Assembly (NCBI GenBank): GCA_951406725.2
Contig: OX597820.1
Location: 35,898,001-35,962,000 of the forward strand
DNA from: Octopus vulgaris
Taxonomy: Eukaryota
Direction of reading: 5' to 3'
DNA: 64,000 nucleotides
Part shown: positions 52,385 to 64,000 of the stretch, piece after piece
How positions within the stretch are numbered: the first letter of the stretch is position 1
How the letters are laid out: each line of letters opens with the position of its first letter
Program-made: the position numbers and the translations under genes
Notes under the pieces: generated by a model
What the model was told of the DNA's origin: nothing
Seen by the model: only the letters and a program-made list of their open reading frames with translations
The model's database searches: none

Positions 52385-52643
52385 GTAATAATCCGACATG
52401 ATACTGCACAAGATAATAAAACTACAAGCAGCTTCAGTGTGTTGTTTTAATGTCAAGGTGACGAATAGATGCAGCGAATATGGCGCTATAAACAAACAAA
52501 CGCAAATTACTGTGAACGAACTCTCAAGGCCGATGTGGGGAAAAGGAAAGTATGACGACGTTTCAGACTTCTGATCTTCGTCAAGAAGAAAAAAAGAGGG
52601 TAAGAAGAAATTGGATGAGTGAAAATATGACGTTGCATCAGAC

Positions 52644-52682
<39 letters not shown>

Positions 52683-52710
52683 CATATGTATATGTGTGTG
52701 TGTGTGTGTA

Positions 52711-52748
<38 letters not shown>

Positions 52749-53149
52749 TATATATATGTATGTATGTTTAAATATATGTATGCTTATATAGCTGCATGTA
52801 TGTATGCATTTATATATGTATGCATGCATGTATATGTATGTTTTTTCTTGAGATTTATTTAAGATTTTTTTTCTTTTGCAGAATTCAAGCCAATCGCTAA
52901 CACAGTGAAAGGTTCTTTTGTTTAAGTCTAAACAACTCTTTGTGTTTAGTGGTTAGTGTGTAAATGTGTGTATGTGTGTATGTGCGTGTGCTCGCACGTG
53001 TTTGTGAGCGATAAACCTGCAACTATGAATGAGGTGTGCATGTAGGCTTCATTTCTGTTTTCATGTGTGTGTATACCTGTGTTGTATGCCTGTTATTGTA
53101 TTTAGTATAGGCGCGTTTTCGTCAGGCACCTCAAATGGAGAATCCCTGG

Positions 53150-53403
53150 AATGTTTTATAAAGTGTCACTTATGCCTCTAATCAATTGCATTTGAATATG
53201 GACCAATTTACTTCGTTTGTTCTTGGAGAACCTCGGCATTTTATGCTATCATTTAATTTTATGGATACATAACCTTGAACACCTATGAAAATAGGTACAA
53301 ATGAAAAAAGATATATAAACTGGGTATAAGAGCTGTAAATTTTTCCCTAGTTTTCCATAGATACAGCCTCTTTTCCAATTTTCGACAAAGCATTGTATGT
53401 ATG

Positions 53404-53437
<34 letters not shown>

Positions 53438-53990
53438 TGTATGTATGTATGTATGTATGTATGTATGCTTCCCTTTCTTCACTTTCTCCTTTTAATTTTA
53501 AAGTAAACTGTGACAAGCTATCTACATAAAGCAAGGTTGTGAAGGAAAGTATCTTGTTTTAATCATCATCCTTTAAATCTTAAGGTCTTGCAAATTTTTA
53601 TGGTCCCAGATATTGTGTTCATTTATAACATTTGAATCAAGGATTTGCATTCTCTCCTCAAGAACCCAAGTTCAGCCATATTTTGCTCAAGACGGGTTGG
53701 TATATATCCTGTTGTTCCAATAATAATAGGTATAAAGCTGAAAGTGTATCTTAGGTACTGGATTTGCAAACTGCTTACCAGTGATCCATAGATGTCCTCT
53801 TTCTCTTGTATTTTTCTAATAACATTGGTGTCCAGAGGGAAGTTATTTCCACAACAGAACATAGATTTTCTTTGTGGTTCCACACGACGATATCTGGCTG
53901 GTGGCTGTTTTAATTTTTAAGTTCTACCAATATTTTTTGGTCCAACGGTCTCAATATGGGGAACTTCGTTTGTAGGCATTTTCTTTTGAA
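53150..53990 (-). mobile_element. Two degenerate RLE-type non-LTR C-termini (family D)
   Basis: PLDTNVIRKIQEKEDIYGSLVSSLQIQY...FIPIIIGTTGYIP...ELGF (53623-53883) and IYGKLGKNLQLLYP (about 53300-53380). Confidence 0.7.
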
Positions 53991-54005
53991 TGTATGTGCA
54001 TATAT

Positions 54006-54395
54006 ACTCTTTTATTTGTTTCAGTCATTTGACTGCGGCCATGCTGGAGCACTGCCGTTTGTCGAGCAAATCGACCCCAGGACTTATTCTTTAGAAGACT
54101 AGTACTTATTGTATCGGTTTCTTTTGACGAACCGCTAAGTTACGGGGGACGTAAACACACCACCATCGATTGCCAAGCGATGTTGGGGGACAAACAGACA
54201 CACAAACATATACACACACATACATATATATATACATATATACGACGGACTTCTTTCAGTTTCCGACTACCAAATCCACTCACAAGGCTTTTTGTCGGTC
54301 TGAGGCTATAGTAGAAGACACTTGCCCAAGGTGCCACGCAGAGGGAATGAACCCGGAACCATGTGGTTGGTAAGCAAGCTACTTACCACACAGCC
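54006..54395 (-). mobile_element. SINE family A
   Basis: Reverse-complement match to family A. Confidence 0.9.
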
Positions 54396-54476
54396 AATGT
54401 ATGTACTTACATGAGTACGTCTGTATGTGTATATGCATATATATATGCATATATACATATATGCATATGTAGGTGC

Positions 54477-54508
<32 letters not shown>

Positions 54509-54514
54509 GTTTCT

Positions 54515-54561
<47 letters not shown>

Positions 54562-55570
54562 TGCACGTACGTACGTATGTATGTATTTATGTATGTATGT
54601 ATTATGTATGTATGTATGTATGTATGTATGTATGTATGTATGTATGTATGTATTTATGTATGTATGTATGTATGTACGTCACTACAACTGTCACTAATAA
54701 ACGAATATGGCTTGGTAACGTGTACCATGCTTTCGCTAATTATTTTTTAGACGCCTGTGTAGTCACGAGCAGACATAAACACCCGCTCAGCTCTATAGGG
54801 GAAGGGAGAGGGCCGCACCCTCACTCGAGCTGCTGCTTCAACTGAATAGATTGGTTCAACGGGAAATGAAAGTGCCTTGCTTAGGAGAACAACATGCCGC
54901 CCGATCCAAGAGTACAACTCGTAACTTTATAAAAGTGGGTCCAGTCCAATACCCTACCCACTGGGCTACGCAGCAAAGCACCAACACTATTACTCCTATA
55001 GCTGCTGCCACAACCACTTTCATTGTTACTAACCCTAACTACTACTACTACTGCTGTTGCTATTATTACTACTACCACTATTGCTGCTACTGTTGCTGCT
55101 ATTACTATTACTAGTACTCCTAGTGCTGCTATTACTACTACTACTGCTGCTGCCATTACTACTACTGCATCGAGTAGGGTGGGGGTATTTGGCAACGGTC
55201 CTTGTTAGATAGTTCCGCCGTTGCCAATCAAACTCCATTGAATTAAATGTTCTTAGACATTTCCGTCCAACTCTGACTCAATTACTTCAGAATTAATTAA
55301 TAGATATTCCTCCTTCATTCATTAACTGACGTCACGTGATCTGGTCACTGAACAAACGTAAAATCTCTTCTGTAAGACAAGCTCTGTGGGTGGCCGCTGG
55401 ATAGTTGGACAGTTAAGCGGTCGGACTCTAATGGTGGGTTTGAGAAGGAAAGTGATTTATCGTTTTCAAGGACATAGCTAGACTGGATTCGACTGGACTG
55501 GAGTGGAATCTTGATTGAACCGCACTAAATTGAAATAATCTGGTGATGTACGTATTGTCCATTGGGTCAT

Positions 55571-55938
55571 GTGGGGGCGCAATGGCCCAGTGGTTAGGGC
55601 AGTGGACTCTTTCGATTCCCAGACCGGGCGTTGTGAGTGTTTATTGAGCGAAAACACCTAAAGCTCCACGAGGTTCCGACAGGGGATGGTGGCGAATCCT
55701 GCTGTACTCTTTCACCACAACTTTCTCTCACTCTTACTTCCTGTTTTCTGTTGTGCCTGTAATTCAAAGGGCCAGCCTTGTCACACTCTGTGTCACGCTG
55801 AATATCCCCGAGAACTACGTTAAGGGTACACGTGTCTGTAGAGTGCTCAGCCACTTGCACGTTAATTTCACGAGCAAGCTGTTTCGTTGATCGGATCAAC
55901 TGGAACCCTCGTCGTCGTAAGCGACGGATTGCCAACAA
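55571..55938 (+). mobile_element. Full-length SINE family C (tRNA-like head, (CAA)n tail)
   Basis: GGCGCAATGGCCCAGTGGTTAGGGC head with TTCGATTCCC box B; 11-bp TSD cattgggtcat at 55560-55570 and 55939-55949. Confidence 0.9.
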
Positions 55939-56427
55939 CATTGGGTCATATCTCCTATCTGTCTTAAGACGCAGCGCAGTGTGCTTGAGTGTGCATGCGT
56001 ACGTTTTTTCAGTTTTTTCATTCACACATACGTTACATACATACATGCAAACATACATACTTACATAAGTATGTACGTGTGTATATACATAAACTTATAC
56101 GCGCACACATACATATAAATACATATTTACATACATGCCTACTTACCTATTTGCATGCATACACACACACACACATATATATATGCATGTATGAATATAT
56201 ATACAATATATATGTATGTATGCATGTATACATATGTATATGTATATATGTATATGCTTGTATACATATATATAAGTATGTATGCATATGTATGTATATA
56301 CATACATATGTGTGTGTGTGTGTATATATATATATATGTATGTATGTATACGAATAATTAAATATATATATTTATACATATAATAATATATATACACACA
56401 TATACATGTAAGCCTATATACATATAT

Positions 56428-56481
<54 letters not shown>

Positions 56482-56874
56482 CAACAGAAAAAGAGGTTGT
56501 GTATGACAAGGAGCGAGATATACGATATATTAACGTTTAAATCAATTCTGTTGCTTTTATGCTGTTAAAATGGGAAAAACTCCAATTGAAACGTACGTGA
56601 CTTCGTCGACCGGTGTCAGATCAGTCGTGCTAACGCTAAAATACTCACCCTGAATCCTCAATTGTCCTTGTACAGCGAAATTATTCAAACGCATTTGATG
56701 TCAAAATTGTCGATAACTGCCGCAGATCTTTTGTTGGCCAAAATTAGCTGTGTCACTAAATTTTAATTTTTATCTCCTTTGATTTCAGTGTTTCCATCTG
56801 GGTTTTGTTGTTGTTGTTTTTTTTAAATCGTTTTTAACGATGTAACAGAATGAGCACATAAAGCTATAAATAAT

Positions 56875-57308
56875 AATTTCAAATTTTGGCACAAGGCCAG
56901 CAATTTTGGGGGTGGGAAACTGGTACTTATTTTATCGATCCTTGTGTTCAACTGGTACTTATCTTATCGACCCTGAAAGGGATGAAAAGTAAAGTGGACC
57001 TCGGCAGAATTTGAATTCAGAACGTAAAGACGGACGAAATGCCGCTAAGTATTTTGCCCAGCATGCTAACGATTCTGCCAGCTCGCCGCCTTACATAAAT
57101 CCATAAATAATAACGCATAGAATTTCGGGTTAAAACAATTAGATGACAAGGCGCAGGAGTGGCCGTGTGGTAAGAAACTTGCATCCCAACCACATGGTTC
57201 CGGATTCAGTCCCACTGCGTGGCACCTTGGGCAAGTGTCTTCTATAGCCTCGGGCCGACCAGAGCCTTGTGAGTGGATTTGATAGACGGAAACTGAAAGA
57301 AGCCCGTC

Positions 57309-57372
<64 letters not shown>

Positions 57373-57532
57373 ATGTATGTATGTCTTTGTGTGTCTGTGT
57401 TTATCCCCCACCATCGCTTGTCAACCAACGTTGATGTGTTTAGAATAATTCCTGGGATTGATTTGTTCGACTAAAGGCAGTGGTCCAGCATGGCCGCAGT
57501 CAAATGACTGAAACGAGGTAAAAGAATAAAAG
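56875..57532. mobile_element. SINE B (minus, 56875-57092) and SINE A (plus, 57149-57532)
   Basis: Matches to families B and A. Confidence 0.88.
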
Positions 57533-57889
57533 ATGAGAAGTCGAAGTCCACTCGGGGGGTTTGAACATAATTCATTTTTTAAAATGACAGCCGTTCTACT
57601 ATTATAATAAAGCACCCACCGAGTGTTCTCAGTCCATTTTAGATGTTATGCTCTTACCGGCGAGAATTGTATACTGTTTACATTATAAGAATTTAGAAAC
57701 TTCGAAAGATATGAAATAAATCCTTTGTGACGATAGAAATTTTGTTTGTTTTGGAGGGGTTTTTGTCTTTCTTTCTTTTCGGTTGTGTACGAAGAAAAAT
57801 ATTAAAACTTGATCAAAAATAAACGCAAAAATCATCTTCTCTAACGCTGCATATATTATTAAATTCACTTTTACAAAAGATCTTTCTTT

Positions 57890-58142
57890 CATTTGCTTCA
57901 GTCATTAGACTGCGTTTGCTGAGGGTTTTAGCCGAAAGGATCGACTCTAATGCTTCATTTATAAGCCTAGTATATGCTCTATCAATCTCTTTTGTAGAAC
58001 CACTAAATTACAAGGACATAAACAAACCAACACAGGTTGTTAGGCGGTGGCAGGGGACAAACACAGAGACACACATATATATATACAAACATATACATAC
58101 ATACATGCAGACAGACAGGCGGACAGACAGACAGACAGACAA

Positions 58143-58228
<86 letters not shown>

Positions 58229-58384
58229 TATGGGCTTCTTTCAGATTCTCTCCATCAAATCCACTCACAAGGCTTTGGTCGACCCTGGGCTGTAGTAGAA
58301 GATACTTGCCCTCGGTGCCACGCAGTGGAACTGAACCCGGAACTATGTGGTTGTGAAGCAAACTTATTACCACACAGCCACGCT
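57890..58384 (-). mobile_element. Old SINE family A with (GATA)n in its internal microsatellite
   Basis: Family A head at the right end and a degenerate tail. Confidence 0.8.
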
Positions 58385-58774
58385 GAGCCGATGCTTTTGT
58401 TTCATATTACTACAGGTGGCTAGTTATTGGCAATATCAGTCAGAAAGTCATGGAGTATATGCACCGACTCTTTACGTTCATATCCTGCCATAGTCAATTT
58501 TTGCTTTTTATTCTTAGAGGTTCGACAAAAGGCTTCAAATGCAGAGCGAAACTGAAAGAGCGATGGACCTTATAGTATCTGTTTCGTTTTGGGGGGATGG
58601 GGGGTCTATGTTCAAATCCTACCGCGATCTACATGCGCTGTCTGACTCAGTTTTGTCGATCTTTGCCGTTATCAGATTTGTTTGCTCCTGAGCAGCTATA
58701 ATTAGCGCTTCGGCCTCGCGTTTCAGGTTTTCGTCATGTTAGTCATTATTATCATTATCATCCTTACTACTACT

Positions 58775-59300
58775 ATTCCAAGTGTCGCACGGAGACCTCA
58801 AATAGTAACAGCAAGTTGAACTTTTACTATCGGTGTCATTTATGATTAGCAATGATATATTGTAGGGGAATGGAGACCAAAATCTGAGATCTAAAGTTCT
58901 GTTAAATTTGTAATTGATATTTTAGTTTTAAAAGAATTTTAAGAGAAACGGATATTTTCGGGCTGACAGTGCTTTTCTTAGGATGTGGAACAGTACCCAT
59001 GAGAACAATGTTTTGAAATTTTGATACTTTAGAGTTTCCTGGTATTTGGCCATAGTAATCAACATTGCCATTTGGAATTATCCCCAAAGCTTCGATTATC
59101 ACATATACAGTTGTTATTCTTATATGTCACATTTTTGAGAGATTTATTTGAAGATCTTTGAACTTAACGTAATTTTTCAAATATTTTTACAGATATGTTT
59201 CAGTCTGCTGGGATTGACACATCTATAAGCAAACGTTCAGTTGACGTGATTTTTACAATATCTTGAAGCGTTTTAGTTGCTCGCATCGACTTGTTTCTAT
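58775..59300 (-). mobile_element. Old degenerate Dong family A-like 3' end
   Basis: IIEALGIIPNG...QIPGNSKVSKFQNIVLMGT resembles VIGALGMIAKG...QIPGNPKMAEIQKIVLMGT; 3' UTR motif ccaagtgtcgcacggagacctc. Confidence 0.75.
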
Positions 59301-59597
59301 ATATTTTAGAGTGAGACTTATCTTATTGATCTCTAGACATTGAACGATTTTCTAGTTAAGTTCTGACGTTAGCAGATACAAATCGAACGACACTTTTATA
59401 CATTATATTCACAAACACAGCTACTGGCACACAAAAACGTTAAAGATATGTGTGGTTGTGTAAATATATATATATAAGTATATACAGGTATAGATATATA
59501 TATATACATACACACACACACACACAAATATATATGTATGCATATACAAACATGTTTGTGTGTGTTCGTTTAATAATAAATATGTGCATGCATGAAT

Positions 59598-59708
<111 letters not shown>

Positions 59709-59871
59709 ATATATATATACATATATATATCTATATATATATAACATAACATTTAACTCAGCTCCACATTTAAAGTTTCATAGACGTATGTATGACACGT
59801 TCACTCTGTTGTAGATAGATAGATAGATAGATAGATGTTATATATATATTATATATATTATATATATATAT

Positions 59872-59922
<51 letters not shown>

Positions 59923-60000
59923 GTATGTATGTATATATATATACATATATATAATATATATATAAATAACAGTTTAACTCAGCTCCACATTTAAAGTTTC

Positions 60001-60093
<93 letters not shown>

Positions 60094-60901
60094 CAAACAC
60101 AGCCTGCCAAATTATGGTCACCGTGTGTTAGTTACCTCAAAACTGAAGTAGAAGGAACTTGCTCAAGATGCCGCACAGAGAGGGGGAAGCGGCACCTAAT
60201 AACACTTCTTGTTTGTGTAGCGAACATCTTAACCAAACGGCCATGACCCACATCTGTTTCAATCGTCTTTAAAATTTTGTTCTATTTATTTCGAACATAT
60301 TCTTTTCTACTCTAGACACAAGGTCCGAAATTTTGGGGAAGGGGGCCAGTCAACTGGTACGTAATTTATCTACCCCGAAAAATGAAAGGCAAAGTTGACT
60401 TCGGTGGATTTATCGAGCATATTGGAGCAAGGAACTAAAGTTTGACAACACGGCAACCACTCCAGAGTTTCAATTCTTTATCGTTACGACTCGTAGTAAC
60501 ACAATTTCATTTATATAGTCATAGTTAACGGATCTCCGTCAGTTTCGGCAATAAGGATGTAACTGTTCGATGAACTGAATTTCTTTTTTGCTGAATTACC
60601 ATGCAAGTTGCTGAGTATTCCACAGACACATGCATACCATTGCCGCGTTCCTTTAGAAATTGAGTGACAAAGCGTATGACAAGGCTATACCTTTGAATAG
60701 CTTCCGTACATTTTCTTCCTCCCCAATTTCACTCACAAGGTTTGGGTTGGCCGAAACAATGATAAAAGACACATGTCCAAGGTTCTGCGTAGTGGAACCG
60801 AACCCAGGACCTCGTGACTGTAAAGCAAACTTTTTTAATCACTCGGCCAAGCTGCGTCTACGAAGTATGTCTACATATTATTTTCAATACATTAGAGTGA
60901 C

Positions 60902-61375
60902 AAAGGCGACGAACTGACAGAATTGATAGTACCCCGGGCAAAATGCTTAGCGATATTTCGTCCATCTTTACTTCCTCAGTTCAAATTCCGTCGAGGTCGA
61001 CTTTGACTTTCATTCTTTCAGGATCTATAAAATAAGTACCAGTTGTACGCTGGAATCGATGTAATCGACTTATCCCCTACCCCGAAATTGCTGGCCTTGT
61101 ACCAAAATTTGAAATCAATACATTACAGTGGTGGATTGGGAAAATCGTTTGAATGTCGGACAAAATACTTTACGGTATTTGTTCCGGATTTTTCTTTTTC
61201 TATTCTGAGTTTCATTCCTACTGAGGTCGACTTTGTCTTTCATCCTTCCGGAGTCGATGAAATAAATTACCAGTCTAGTACAAGGGTCGATGAAATAAAT
61301 TACCAGTCTAGTACAAGGATCGATGTAATTGAGTAGCTCCATCTCCCTAAAAATGCTGGTCGAGGCCGAAAATCA
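60902..61375 (+). mobile_element. Two SINE family B copies; the second has a 33-bp internal duplication
   Basis: Family B cores; gtcgatgaaataaattaccagtctagtacaagg occurs twice. Confidence 0.82.
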
Positions 61376-61524
61376 AACAATTATTTACATACGTCGAAAT
61401 AATCTTTAGAGAAAATATATCTCCATACACATGTACAGCAACCGTAATTTCTACGTATATACACTATTGTTATCTTTCATACATCTATGAAATTATGACA
61501 TACATAAAACGATAAACATCGCCT

Positions 61525-61822
61525 TTTCAAGCCTAGCCAGACTCATGGGCCCGGTTTCTCGGTTTCTGTGGCGTATATGTTCCCCCCAGCTGGAAGGGAC
61601 GCCAGTCCATCGCAGCGTTACTCAAGAAACAGGAAGAGAGAGTGAGAGAAAGTTGTGGTGAAAGAATACAACAGGGGTCACCCCCACCCCCTGCCGGAGC
61701 CTCGTGAAGCTTTTAGGTGTTTTTGCTCTATAAACACACACAACTCCCGGTCTGGGAATTGAAACCGCGATCCTCCGACCGCGAGTCCGTTGCCCTATCC
61801 ACTGGGCCATTGCGCTTCCACA
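61525..61822 (-). mobile_element. SINE with family C head and V-domain-like alternative tail
   Basis: Head matches 55571-55745; tail GCGATGGACTGGCGTCCC...GAAACCGGGCCCATGAG. Confidence 0.85.
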
Positions 61823-61839
61823 TGACAAACATAGACATA

Positions 61840-62128
61840 TATATACTATCATAATTCCTGACGTACATACACTTTTATAATTTCTGTCATATGTTTCTGA
61901 TTATGATATACATATTATTATCATAATTTCTGTCATATATTTATGACTTTATAATACACATAGACTATCATAATTTCTAACGTACATACACTTTCATAAC
62001 TTCTGTCATATATTTGTGATTCTATGGCACATATAGACACACAATCGTGATTTCTGTAAGATATCGGTAACTATGACATATAGACGATCATACACAGTCG
62101 TGATTTCTGTATGATATCAGTGACTACA
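61840..62128. repeat. Degenerate AT-rich minisatellite (ATCATAATTTCTGTCATAT-like)
   Basis: Repeated cataatttctg and gtgatttctgt units. Confidence 0.6.
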
Positions 62129-62749
62129 ACTGTCAGTAGTGCAAAATACTTTCACATATTGACTATATATGTGCAATTGAAGAATTTCTTTTTTACTCAT
62201 TGGTTAATATTGGGTTAAATGAGTTTTGTTGCTCTGTTGTTTTATTTGTTGTCATTTTTTTTTCTAATTGCATTACCAAATGGAATCAGATGCACACTAA
62301 ACACAGACTTGTTTGTTTCCTTTAAAATAACAAATGGAGTTGTAAAATGAATAGTATTTTAGACTCGAATTATTTTCTACTCGCCTTTAATAAATGTTAA
62401 AACAAGGCAATTCCTTTATTAATGTGTTGTTTTCGTTGTTGCTAATTTACTCTGGGTCAACTCTGATTGAGTAGTCACGACCCAAGGCACTCCAACCGAG
62501 ACCATTCTGTCTTCTTCTTGACACATTAGAAGCAAGGTGTGCTTTGGGGTAAATTTGACTGCTATTTCTACCAGGTCAAGTATTCGCGTAGCCGATCGCT
62601 TTCTTGGCCCGTAAAACTTTATTCAAAATAGTGGGTTATATCTAGTACTGGATTTTGTTGAAGAGAGGCCCCAGGATTATGCAAGTAAGGCCCTTCCCAA
62701 ATATACACCTTAACCAGAAGCACTCCTGGGTTTTGAGGCTTCAGCCAGC

Positions 62750-63200
62750 CAGACCTATCGGGTAAATCCGGTACTGTCTCTAGCCAGGTTGTAACCCTAC
62801 CGAAATGTGACATCAACATCAGAATCAATGAGTTTAAAGGTTCTAATGGAGATAATGAGATAGATGCCGTTCTACATCTTGTATTTTAATCTTTATGCTT
62901 CGTTTTCCCTTTAGCATAATAGTGGTATATAACCACGTTATGCATGTTATCCAGGGTTGGATGTAGATGAAGCGAGGCCCTAGGCCATTCCACAAGTGAT
63001 GTCCCTCCCAAAAGACCTTTGATAATGTCAAAAATATTATACAACTCAGCCGAAAGCCTCCGAGATTTTGAAGCTCAGACTGTTAAGTCTACAAATAAAT
63101 TCAACAGCCCTCTAGATTTTTTAGCTCTAGGTTTCAGCTTGTTTAGATTGACAATTGCCCTGTCTACGACACACATGTAGTTCAACTCCTGTACGTGATG
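62750..63200 (-). mobile_element. Highly degenerate CR1/L2-like LINE C-terminus
   Basis: Minus frame ...SRRLSAELYNIFDIIKG resembles the RRL..DL...FKII.G motif; contains stops. Confidence 0.4.
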
Positions 63201-64000
63201 ATGTCCACAATTTTTATCCATCTCAGTAGTATATTTACTTGATCGGTAAGAATGTTGACGTCATGGTCACAAAATCGTGGGTTCGATTTCTGGACCAGGC
63301 GTTGTGTTGTGACTTGTCTTTGAGCAAGACATTTCATTTCCCGTTACTCCAGTCTACTCAGTTGAAAATAAGTACCAGCTTTAGTGCTAGTACCTCCCTC
63401 TATCCTCCGACTGTCACATTCTCGATGATCAGCAAGGAATCGAGCGCTGGGGAACCAAGAGGTTGTCTATGTCTGCTCGCGATTAAATAAGCGCCTAAAA
63501 CATCTAGCGAAAGTATGGTACGTATTACCAAGTCAAATTCACTCATGCGTGACGGCCATAACTGCATGCCGGCTACATTGTTATGCTTATGCTTATCTAG
63601 TGTTTACAAGTATGGTTTATAAATTATAGAGTATCAATGTTTCTAATTTTTAAAAATGTTGCTTAACTGTATGTTTGTGTAAATTAATATTTTTAGTGGA
63701 TGGAAATAAAACATGATAAGTCCGTTTACGTATGTGCATGTGTGTCTTAATACTTATATAATGCAAGTGTATGTAACTATCTGTATGTATGTGAATGTAA
63801 ATAAATTGTGCAGAAGAGTTTCTAAGAAACAACTGCTGTTGTTATTTATTCGAGAAACACTTATCTTTAACTGTACATATTTAAGTATATGCATGTATGT
63901 CAGAGTAAGTATGTGTGTGTGTGTGTGTGTATGTACGTACATGTATGTGCGTACGTATGAGTGCATATAAATACATCAATTTTCTCAAGCAGACGACACT

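Noticed and set aside
55571-55640. tRNA genes at SINE heads
   Set aside because: Only box A/B-like remnants are present; they continue into SINE bodies with TSDs and form no complete cloverleaf

Overview
This is a eukaryotic, repeat-saturated, AT-rich window with no recognisable host protein-coding gene, rRNA, true tRNA or CRISPR array. The SINE families and the dense (TA)n/(TACA)n/(TAA)n/(GATA)n microsatellites suggest a coleoid cephalopod such as Octopus; this is an inference. Almost all listed ORFs are microsatellite artefacts. The real content is transposable elements. These include a nearly intact R4/Dong-clade non-LTR retrotransposon (RT plus restriction-like endonuclease) inserted in (TAA)n at 26104-30053, remnants of several other Dong-like lineages, RTE and CR1/L2 3' ends, Penelope-like fragments with hammerhead-ribozyme motifs, mariner, Tc1, DD37D, hAT and MULE-like DNA elements, and more than 30 copies of three tRNA-headed SINE families. 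The most unusual signal is a non-coding element of exactly 556 bp. It occurs in three near-identical, full-length copies, always embedded in (TAA)n and always on the strand that Dong elements use, while SINE-B copies at the same microsatellites lie on the opposite strand. It is a candidate non-autonomous passenger of a TAA-targeting RLE retrotransposon. All comparisons were made by eye, and boundaries of degenerate repeats are approximate.
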